DNA of 64,000 nucleotides. Origin: Chrysomallon squamiferum. Its lineage: Eukaryota > Animalia > Mollusca. Both the position numbers and the translations under genes were made by a program. Positions 1 through 9,728 of this stretch are shown one piece after another (position 1 is the first letter of the stretch; each line of letters opens with the position of its first letter). Under the pieces are notes generated by a model that was not told the origin of the DNA, made no database searches, and saw only the letters and a list, made by a program, of their open reading frames with translations. The DNA lies in the NCBI GenBank assembly GCA_012295275.1, contig CM022673.1, positions 2,790,001 to 2,854,000 of the forward strand. The letters run 5' to 3'.

Positions 1-1180
1 TTCTGTTGAAGCAGGCTTTCTCTTGAATTTAGGATTGTTACGATGATCGTATTTTTTCTGTTCATTTGGCTGGCCATCTTTTGGATCTTGAAGAGAATCA
101 GATGTTAGAGGGGAATTATCTGTCACTGTGTTGTCAGAGTCTTCAACTGAATGTGGCTCAGATGACTGTTTGGGACAAGCCTGCACTGAACTCACAGGCT
201 GTGATATTTTGGGGCTGTTATCAAATCGTGGATCACTGGATGGTTTTGAATCTCTACCTGATCTTACATCAAACAATTTTTGTTCTGTTGGTCCAGTAAC
301 ATCTGGTGACCATGGATCACACAACGGTTTGGAATCATTTTTAAACGTAGTTTCTGCCATCATTCTGACATTGCTGTGAAATCGTGAAATGTTCATTAAC
401 TGTAAACCACCTGATACTGGAGGAAAACCAGAGACAGAACCGTCCTGAATGTTTGGTCTGTTGAACATGTGAGAATTTGGCGGCTGGATCAGAGGCACTG
501 GACTCAGATTTTTCTGAAACCGCCTCGGATCTATATTGCGAATTTGAAGGTTCATTAATGCAGGAATCTGCAAGCGCTGCAGATTTGGATCAATGATCCT
601 AGCATTCAGAGAATTATTTGGTGGAAGAAACTGATCAGGAACTGATCGCTGCACCAAGGTAGGTGGGACATCGCTGCTAACAGCAGGAACTTTGTCATCT
701 CCAGACTCAGGCTTTCTAAGCCTTGGATCTTTCATTTTCAGTTGAGCTTTATCTTTTTCATCCATACATGTCTGTCTTGCCTTTCTGGGATCCAGAGACT
801 TTGTAACAGAATCACTTTCACCATTTAACTGACTTTTAGTCACAGACTTTTTGCCACCTGTCCTTGCAATGTATTTTTGAACTCTAGGGTCCGATTTGAA
901 CTGAGAATCCCATGGATCAACATTGAAAGGTATTGTATAATATGGTTTTTGTTGATTCACATCAACTGAATGCAAGCGATATGTCATGGATAACATTACT
1001 GCATTGGTTACAGGTGGGTCAACATGAAGAGGTGGTAATCGGAATTCTGGGAACTGGCCACAGGCCAAACCTGGTATGCCTCCAGTTTCTGGTCTGTCTT
1101 TTGACGCCTGAGCTTTTCTTGGATCTGGTCGAGAACCTCTCTGTCTGGGATCCCGTGTATCTCTGCCAGCATTTCGAGAA
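1..1180 (-). CDS. ZC3H4: ZC3H4/ZC3H6-like protein, 3'-most visible coding exon (runs off the window; DPR-motif region)
   Basis: Acceptor ttttcatatcag|T at 1181; phase 2; open frame SRNAGRDTRDPRQRGSRPDPRK...KFKRKPASTE to base 1; seven DPR tripeptides. Missing from the ORF track because its stop lies outside the window. Confidence 0.9.
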
Positions 1181-1315
1181 CTGATATGAAAATAAAACAT
1201 AAGCAATAAATCTTTTTGGCTTTTTTATAATTTAAACTTCAGAAAACCATCATCTTTATTATTACAACTGTTATTACTGGAAAATCAAAATATAGAAGAA
1301 ATTAACTTTCTAATG

Positions 1316-1346
<31 letters not shown>

Positions 1347-1783
1347 CAAACATATTTTGAAGAGATATGTTATTATGCATTTGTGAAGACTTGTGCAGAC
1401 ACTGCAATAGTTAAACATTTCCAATAAAATTAATTGTCAAAATAAACACTGCGATGCAAAGATATAATATGAACTCAACATAAAGCATACATTTTAACAT
1501 TACAACACTAATATGTATATTGTAGTAGCTGTTTTATCCATGTTTTATAAAAAATATGCAAATATGAACAAACAAAAAAAAAAAACCCCACATACTACAG
1601 CATTTGTGCAAAATCGTCAATTACATTAAAAAAATAAAAAAAAATAAAATAAAATAAAAATAAGTAAAATTCCTGCATGGATAATATACCTATTGAAAGA
1701 CAGTAATTATAAAAAAAAAATTAAAAAATAATAATGGTAACAATATATTAAAATATTTAACAGCATTTGTTTTTTTTGCTCAC

Positions 1784-1917
1784 CCTGAAGCAGACTGTGA
1801 ACTATTATCCCCTGCTGTGGCCTGGTTTTTTATCGACTGAATCATCTGCATGATGTTAAAAGTTGAACCTGTTGCTGTTTTTGCTGCTTGAGGTGATTCA
1901 GGAGTTGTATGAACTGG
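1784..1917 (-). CDS. ZC3H4: ZC3H4-like coding exon
   Basis: AG / GTGAG boundaries, 134 nt, phase 0->2, PVHTTPESPQAAKTATGSTFNIMQMIQSIKNQATAGDNSSQSASG. Confidence 0.85.
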
Positions 1918-2088
1918 CTGAAATAACAAACATACATTTCACAAAATAGCTTTGATCAAAAGTATCCAATAGTAACTGACAAGATTTCAAATAACTGTTA
2001 TTTTGTATGAAAAGTAAATATGAGCAAACATTTATATTAAACACTTATTATTCATATGAAGTTCAGATTATATTCAGTAAGTATTTAC

Positions 2089-2171
2089 TTGTTTATTAAG
2101 GTTTTTCAAGACATCTGTTAATTTAGGAGCCTCTCCTCCCTCCTCATCACTGGAATACCAGTCATCATCAT
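2089..2171 (-). CDS. ZC3H4: ZC3H4-like coding exon (WYSSDEE motif)
   Basis: 83 nt, phase 1->0, DDDDWYSSDEEGGEAPKLTDVLKNLNKQ, matching the WYSSDE..G..V.SILKTL block of vertebrate ZC3H4/ZC3H6. Confidence 0.92.
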
Positions 2172-2888
2172 CTGAAAAAAAAACCCACATAAAAATAAAA
2201 AAATTAAATAAAAAAATAGTATAAAAATTAATACAATCTGTTTCTTTCACTTTTTTCAAAGAAGAAATAGTAATAATGAAAATCCAAAAATCCAAAAAAT
2301 ATCAATAATAAAACCTAAATATTCTCTTTGAAACATTTCTAAATGTAACACTTATTTCTGTAAATAAACCTTCTTAAGTTTTTCCAAAACAGCAACTAAT
2401 TAAACATTAATACATCATTTGACCAGTATCAGCAAATAAATATGCTACCAAAATTCTGTAACTGTATCAAGAAGTTGTAGTGAAATTTCCTATTTTTTGC
2501 AAAACATCAGCAAAAAGAATATTTAAGAAATTAGCAATAACCAATCATGTATCCTGCCTTAGATGTTTAACCAAAACCTTATACTCAACAGATTATCATC
2601 ACTTATGACTTAGTCCCAATAAACCAGTAATGTATTATTCTACTACATCTTACTTTATCAAATTACCTCTTGCTGTGTTTATAATGAAACAATAGTATTT
2701 GCTACCACTTATCTTTCACTTTACCAAATTATCACTAAGATGTTTTTCTTAATAAGCAATAAACATATACTACTTTTTATAATAGCTGCTTTATTAAATG
2801 GTCACTTAAGAATATATTATTATCCTCTTGAACTGACCATACCCAAATACTTTGATTTAAGATATTTTCTTAGTAAGACAATAGTAAC

Positions 2889-3101
2889 CTTTCACTTTAT
2901 CAGCAGCATTGTCACTAGTATCCCCAGCATCACCCTTGTTCTCATTGGCAGAATCTCGCTGCTGCTGCTGATGTATCCTGAGGAAAAGTTCCCGCTGTTT
3001 CGGTGGTAGATGCATTAAAGCTACTCCTGCAGCATCACCTGTCAGTGAATCAAATCCTTCTTCCTCGTGACTCTGAGAAGGTGTCTCCTCTGTTCCAGAT
3101 G
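2889..3101 (-). CDS. ZC3H4: ZC3H4-like coding exon
   Basis: 213 nt, phase 1->1, contains HLPPKQRELFLRIHQQQ (family motif L[FY]LRIQQKQ). Confidence 0.9.
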
Positions 3102-3450
3102 CTGAAAGATAAACAACAAAAATGACGTGAACTAATTAAAGCTTGCGTAACATCAACCAATAAAATTTATATTTGCAGTTATGAGATTCAACATTAGACA
3201 TTAGACTTTTTTTTTTTTTTTTTTTTTAAATGGCAGTATGTGTAGGCTATACATGTTATCTGGAACAATTGTCACAATAACAAATTTTCTCTCTCCCTCT
3301 GTTCAGATGTAACAGGCAAACATATCACAGGCCAAATCTACTTCTGACAAACACCATCATCCAGATTTTTAAAAAAGCTACACCACCAAAAACAAACCTC
3401 TGACACTATTTACATGATAAATATTTAACAAAAGTATTAAAGAAAATTAC

Positions 3451-4616
3451 TGCTCGACTCCTGAGATGTTTTCTTTTCCTGAGAAGGAGGCAATGTGTCC
3501 ATTTCAGATTCTTCAGCATTTTTCTGAGAAGCTCTAGGATCTTGATTTTCTTGTTGTTGATTGGGTCTGGGATCTCGATACTCGACAGCATGATGTGGTG
3601 ATGCTTTCTTTACCTCAGATTCTGAAGGCTCTAGGACTCTGGCTCTGGAATCTCGAGTCTGTTCCATTCCATGAGGTGGAGTCAGAGATGGTCTGGGTTC
3701 AGGGCTAGAATCTGGAGTTGGTTTTGATAATTGTTGGCCATTCATGTTTTGAATTGGAGCTTCTTTGCCTTGCTGCTGCATATGTCGAGAAGCTAGAGCA
3801 CTTTGAATGAGTTCAGGTGGAGCTTGGCTCAAAAGAGCACCCAGCATATTAAGTACTGGTGCAGCTGGATTGTTAAATCCTATTGGAACTGGTCCTCTTT
3901 GAGGATGCAATGCAAAAGCAGGTCCTTGAGGCCGTCCAAAATTAGGAACTGGACCTTGGCCTGGTCCCTGGTTAAAACCAGGTCCTCCACCAAATCTTGG
4001 ACCTGGCCCAAATCCAGGTCCCATATTTTGACCAGGACCAATATTTTGTGCAGGCCCCATGTTTTGCCCAGGTCCCATATTTTGTCCTGGGCCCATGTTC
4101 TGGCCAGGTCCTATATTCTGTCCTAAACCACGTGAAGCAAATCTTTGAGGTCCATCAGGATTCTGAAACCGTCCTTCAGAACCAGGTCCATTGTAACGTG
4201 GTGGTATATCTTGTCCCGGAGCACTAAATCTTGCAGGACCATCCGACCCTGGCCCTGGCCCTGGCCCTGGTCCAGGTCCATTAAAACGAGGAAGCCCATC
4301 AGCAGGCCCATTTTGTCTTGGTGGAATATTAGAACCTGGTCCATTATATCTTGGACCATCAGGTCCAGGTCCTGGACATGGTCCATTATACCGAGGAGCT
4401 TCACCTGGATTAGGAAACCGGTGACCTTCATTTCCTGGACCTTTCATGTGTGGACCTTCAGAGTCAGAACCACTGTGACCAGAAAACCTTGGCATCCCTT
4501 CACCTTTACCTAAGAACCTGGGTGGACCATCATTTTGACATGGACCTGAAAAATGGGGTCCTTGGCCATCATGAGGTCCCTTTTGTGATCCTATATCATT
4601 GTAAAAGCCACTGGGC
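3451..4616 (-). CDS. ZC3H4: ZC3H4-like coding exon, Gly/Pro-rich low-complexity region
   Basis: Contains most of ORF 3437..4495; acceptor tttttcag at 4617, donor GTAATT at 3450; 1166 nt, phase 2->1; PR[FY]xGP and GQN[MI]GP repeats and two DPR motifs. Confidence 0.92.
4016..4123 (-). repeat. Coding 18-bp tandem repeat, 6 x [GA]QN[MI]GP
   Basis: aa 125-160 of ORF 3437..4495. Confidence 0.9.
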
Positions 4617-5454
4617 CTGAAAAATAAATAATAATCACTTTTAACACATTAATTTTAACACATACGGTATCACAGAAATAATTTAGAAGTACATAAAATA
4701 ACCCATGTGTGAAAAATACTTAACTGGTCTCTGTCACAACCTGCTATATTTGCTTTATTATTATTATGTTAATACAAACATAAAAATCTATTCACACTCA
4801 CACTAAAAACATAAAAGCTCAAAGCTTTTACCGTATCCCAAATTACTTTCTAATTTACTTCAAATTAAATTTAATAATAACTCCAAATTATATCACTCTA
4901 AGTTACTCTGAAACGACATTTATTTTATATATTAAATAACATAAAGTTTTAAATCTATTTTCGTCTTGAATTTGTCCTTCTGATTTTTAACAAGGTGTAC
5001 AGTAATCAGTATCTCTTTGACAAGTGACAAACTGTTTATTATTTAAGCAGTACATATGAATGAATTAATTTATAACAGCAAAGCACAGAATATGCTGGTT
5101 ATTAGCTGTCAAGAAAACAAAATTCACAAGTTAAAATGTCTTCAATAATATATTTTTACCGTCATTCTATTTCTTACACAAAAAAAAACTGAAAAAATTA
5201 AATAAAATAAAATTACACTTTGACATCTTCTAAATATCTTGTTTATAATTAACATAATTCTTTTTTTTTAAAAGAACAAAATGTTATTTATTTTTGTATA
5301 ATATATTTTAAGGAATAAAAAATAAATATAAACAATAAAATAATTCTAAAAACAAATGAGGCAAACATTACATTATTTTTTTTGGTGAAGTAGTAGTTTA
5401 AACCTTGTTCTCAAAGAAAAATAAAATTATGAAGAACAAAAGAAAATCATTAAC

Positions 5455-5563
5455 CTTGCAGGAGATGCTCCAAGTTTTCTTGGACTAGGATGCTGGTTAG
5501 GTGGAAAGACTTCAATCTCAAACAAGGAAGGTATCTTTTTAACAGGATTTCTTGGAGGAGATC
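5455..5563 (-). CDS. ZC3H4: ZC3H4-like coding exon (KKIPSLFEI motif)
   Basis: 109 nt, phase 1->2, GSPPRNPVKKIPSLFEIEVFPP; KKIPSLFEI is a ZC3H4/ZC3H6 hallmark. Confidence 0.92.
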
Positions 5564-5826
5564 CTGTTAATAAAAATTAACGTCAGAAAACCAGCCTATG
5601 AATTTATAATCATACACTTACGCTTTCAGATTATTCAGTATATGAGTATCTTAATACATAACATTATGAAATACAATGAAAAACTTAAAATTGGTGTGTC
5701 TATAAAATATTCCATTTGTAATGATAATCACATACAAATATATGTATTATCTTTTCAAAGTGTGTTGTACATATAAAATATTTAAACATCGTTTCAAGAA
5801 AAGATTACTTTAAAATATTAAAATAC

Positions 5827-5893
5827 CTAGAAGACTTGGTCTTGGTGGTGGTGCTGTTGTGGGTTCAGTGGGATAGTCTCTGTTTTCTTTCAT
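5827..5893 (-). CDS. ZC3H4: ZC3H4-like coding exon
   Basis: 67 nt, phase 0->1, MKENRDYPTEPTTAPPPRPSLL(G); AG/GT boundaries. Confidence 0.85.
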
Positions 5894-6330
5894 CTAGGAA
5901 TAAAACAAATTATTCCAAATATTATGAATATGCATATCTACACTACACACACACATACACAAAACCCACATTCTTCAATACTCAAAACATACTCTTGGTT
6001 ACTGCTTAATATTCATCTTTCCTAACAAACCACACGATTTATTTCTAAATAAATATTAAATTTCTCAGTTTGTTTAAAAACAGCATTTACTAAATAATAC
6101 TGACTATTAACAAATGCTAAAAAGTATTCAAAAAAATTAAAATGTTCTATTTGTTTTTTCAATTAAATGTGATACACAGTTGTTATTATATCTTATCATC
6201 TTGTCAACTATTTTGCCGTTTGGGTTAAAACAAATCAAAATGATTTTTACTAAAAAAATAATAATAATAAAAAAAGAAATGCAAACAATTGGAAATTATT
6301 TAAAATGAGATTATTGTTTATAAAATATAC

Positions 6331-6440
6331 CTTTTCAACTATTAAAGCTGTTTCCTCATTTAATGGTTCATGTGAAAATTTACAGTTTTCTCCTTGGAAA
6401 CAGGTTTGGCCAGTATGAAAATATTTGCATGGATAATCAC
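6331..6440 (-). CDS. ZC3H4: ZC3H4-like exon, CCCH finger 3
   Basis: (S)DYPCKYFHTGQTCFQGENCKFSHEPLNEETALIVEK, C-x8-C-x5-C-x3-H; 110 nt, phase 1->0. Confidence 0.92.
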
Positions 6441-6693
6441 ATACAAAAGTCAAGGATCATAAATAATAAAATATTATTTCTTCAGAATGGTATGGTCAAA
6501 GATATCTGGCCATTATAATAAATTTAAAAAATGTTAAAAGAAGATATTTTAGGTGCATACATTTTTGTAGAATAAACCATTTATGTTTTATAATGATTGT
6601 TCAGTGCATGAACATCACCCTCTCCCTCATGAAATAAAATGAAATAAAATATAAAAGTTTAAACATGTAAAACAATTAATAAACAAAGGATAT
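6441..6693 (-). other. U12-type (minor spliceosome) intron with AT...AT termini
   Basis: 5' end ATATCCTTTG (U12 consensus), branch site TCCTTGAC at 6456-6449, 3' end ...cttttgtAT|GT GAT TAT. This junction keeps the reading CTYMH-S-DYPC; the nearby AC would be out of frame. Confidence 0.88.
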
Positions 6694-6805
6694 TGTGCAT
6701 GTATGTACAGCGACTTCCTTTAACACATGTGTCATTGATATAGAATTTACAAACTTCCAGCTTTCCTGGAGGTCTGAAGTCATGGTTGAATGGACAGTCA
6801 TGACC
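6694..6805 (-). CDS. ZC3H4: ZC3H4-like exon, end of CCCH finger 1 and finger 2
   Basis: 112 nt, phase 0->1, GHDCPFNHDFRPPGKLEVCKFYINDTCVKGSRCTYMH. Confidence 0.93.
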
Positions 6806-7092
6806 CTAAACAAATTAAATTAAATTTAAAAAAATAAAGAAAAACAAATTTTGGTTAGTTTAACTAAAAATAGAATTCACAAACACTATGAACTAAAAAA
6901 AAAAAAATCCAAAAAAACAAAGACAAAATTTTAAGAATTATAAACAATAACTTGTATTTTTTTAAATGTTAATAATTTGCAAAACAATTTCATAAAAATC
7001 TAAGAAACTATTTTCTAATTAAATGTTTTTTTTTCTAAATTCATTTATAACATATATTTAAATATGAAAATTACAAAAACATTAGTATCTAC

Positions 7093-7254
7093 CTTAGAAC
7101 ATTTTCCTTCTTTGAAATATTTACAGTGAGGCCTCTCATGCATTGGCATTTCAGCCAAAAGAGGGCGCTTTCTCGATGGTTCTCGATGTGAGTCACTATC
7201 TTTGCTTTTTCTTTTGGTGCCAGTGGTACGTTCTCTGCTTCGCTTTTTACCAAA
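7093..7254 (-). CDS. ZC3H4: ZC3H4-like exon, start of CCCH finger 1
   Basis: 162 nt, phase 0->0, FGKKRSRER...HERPHCKYFKEGKCSK. Confidence 0.9.
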
Positions 7255-7588
7255 CTAATAAAAATAAAGATAACATTAATGAACAAAATATTAGTTATAT
7301 GTACAGTTTTTAATGAAGTAATTAAAATACATATTCAATAAAAAGTCAATTCATTTTTGAATGTATTGCTAATTATATAAACGTTAAACGAGAAATTCAG
7401 GCAAGGCCTATTAAGTTCAGCAGTAACATACTCATCTCTCCAAAGGTTAACAAAATGTAAATCCTTTGTCTTATTTTGTACCTCTATTCCTTCAACTGAT
7501 AAACACTTAATATCATGATCTGTTATTAAAGAAAGAGATTTAGAAATCATAAACTTCTAAAATGAATCAAATAAAGTATTTAACATAC

Positions 7589-7643
7589 ATGTTGACGGCT
7601 GGACTGAACATCTTTATTTTTATTTTTCTGGGAATCACTGCCT
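7589..7643 (-). CDS. ZC3H4: ZC3H4-like small coding exon
   Basis: 55 nt, ttttcag / GTATGT, phase 2->0, needed to bridge the flanking exons; GSDSQKNKNKDVQSSRQH. Confidence 0.85.
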
Positions 7644-8003
7644 CTGAAAACATACAGAGAAGATGAACGTATTTTTGAGACTGTCATCTTGCATAAAGAA
7701 TCACTTCATTTGTAACATAACTGTTAATTTTTATGTTTTGCCCCATTATTTATATATTTATATATATATATATATTTAAAATAAGACTTTCAAAAAAATG
7801 TTTTTAGAATGTAGCCAGTATATTCCATTTGGAAAAACATTTGGACATGTTTTTGATTTCATGGCATTTGTAATATTTTTGTTGCTCATTTCGTTTTATG
7901 CATTAAATTTTAATATCATTATTTTTTGACTTTTCAACTGTAATTAAAATTTTATTTTTATTTATTCTAAATAATGAAAGTTATAAAAAAATAAACAACT
8001 CAC

Positions 8004-8251
8004 TCTTCTCCGGACTCATCTGAAGGACTATCGTACAGTCCAGGTGGGCTGTGGTATGGACTGCCGTACCCACCCTGTGGGCTTCTGTCTCTGCGAGGGG
8101 ACCCATGGTGATGGGGTATGTCCACTGCTCTGCGTGGACTAGAGAAAGGACTGCCAGGAGGTGATCGACTTCTTTTCCTCTGAGGCCATTCTGGCTCCTT
8201 TTCATCAACTTTATCATAATCAACATAGTGGTGATGCTTGGAATTCTTTTT
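8004..8251 (-). CDS. ZC3H4: ZC3H4-like coding exon (RS/SP-rich)
   Basis: 248 nt, phase 0->2, KKNSKHHHYVDYDK...RKRSRSPPGSPFSSPRR...YDSPSDESGEE; donor GTGAGT. Confidence 0.88.
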
Positions 8252-8588
8252 CTAAAATCAAAATTCAAGAGTTTTAAAAACTGCTTTGACAAGCAGAACC
8301 GAACATTTTCTCAAAACAGTGTAAATCCTGGTCGCCCCTTGAAACTTTTAATATTTTCTTTTCCTGAGTTATCTGCCCTTAGCTCAAACACCCACATTCT
8401 TTTTCCTTTATGTCTTTTATTTTCCTTGTTTTTTATCTAAATTTTTATTATTATTATTATTATTTTTTAATCATTTTTAGATCTTTTAAATTTCATTATT
8501 TCAGATAATTTTAAAATAAGAAAGAACAACCTCCAATTCCTTAAGAAAAGTTTGCTTGTATATATAAAACTATTAAAAATAAAATTAC

Positions 8589-8776
8589 CTTTTCATCCTT
8601 GCCTTTTCTTTTTGAAACCCTGTGTCCTCTTTTGCTTTTCTTTCTTTCTTTTTTATCCTTTTCTTGAGCAGGTTCGTCTTTGTGGTTATTTGTGTGTACA
8701 TCTTCTGTTAACATCTCTTCTTCCAGACCTGGCTCATCCCGCGACACCGATTTCTCAACATGACGACTGGAATGAT
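8589..8776 (-). CDS. ZC3H4: ZC3H4-like coding exon (Lys-rich)
   Basis: 188 nt, phase 1->0, within ORF 8541..8786; ...KDKKERKKSKRGHRVSKRKGKDEK|GTAATT. Confidence 0.85.
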
Positions 8777-9232
8777 CTTCAAACATAAAAGTTTATACGC
8801 TGTTTTATTTGAGGTATCTTGACACTGTATTAAAATTTTCTTTCACAGGATAAACAGCAGGAAAATAATTATAACGATACCCAAAATATAATTTATTATT
8901 GTTAATCTTTGTCTTTTACATACATGATTTCTGGATCTATTAACTAACAAGGATGAGGTTTGATGGAACTGTAACATACTATCATCAGTTCTCAGTTATG
9001 GTTTACTATTTATATTTGTCTTTTATATAGTGATTTTCATATATAGTTTCCTTTTAATTCTTTATCTGTAAAATCTAATAACCAAGATTTAAATACAAAA
9101 GAACTGCTTCTTCTAAATATGTCTGATTCAGCTATTTTTTCAATCCCTTTAAAAAAAAAAAAAATACAATACAAAAATAAAGAAAATACCATAAACATTT
9201 TGAAGTTTAAAAAACAAGTGTTCTTAACTTAC

Positions 9233-9728
9233 TGTGGTTTTTGTGTTTTCTCTCCTGGCGCCTTTCCTTAGGCGTTTCCCTTTCGTCATCGTCTAGCTCC
9301 CCATCTTCCAATTCTCCATCCTCCAATGCAGCAGCTTCACTTTCATGTGAAAACTGTCTCGACATTCCTCCAGAATCTGGCGAAGTCTCAACATCAAGAC
9401 TTCTCCTTGCACTATCACTACGAGGCGAGGCATCGTCACCCACCTCATGTCTTCGAAATTTTTTATGTCTATGTTTATGTTTGTGTCCACCAGGCGATAC
9501 ATACACTCCATCATTGTCTAATTCAACATGAAACGACTGTCGGATTGGTTTATCAGAACTTTCAGAACGATGCCGATGTTTGAATTTTTTGTGAGCAAAA
9601 TAGTTCTCGTCGAATTCTTCTGAATGTCTTCTGTCCACATCATCCAATGATTGTGCTTCTTGTTCAGCGTTTTTGTTTTGTTCTTCGTAATCATTACCAG
9701 CCTGCATGTCATTATCTTCTTCGTCCAT
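9233..9728 (-). CDS. ZC3H4: ZC3H4-like first coding exon (EDGEL motifs)
   Basis: ATG at 9728 preceded by an in-frame TAA; exon acceptor at 9752; LEDGELEDGELDDDE as in the ZC3H4 N-terminus; donor GTAAGT, phase 1. Confidence 0.88.

Noticed and set aside
3803-4513. Plus-strand and alternate-frame ORFs (W/P/R-rich)
   Set aside because: Antisense or shifted shadows of the Gly/Pro-rich ZC3H4 exon.
8252-8436. Extension of the ZC3H4 exon to an AG at 8437
   Set aside because: In-frame TGA; the acceptor at 8252 gives the correct phase.
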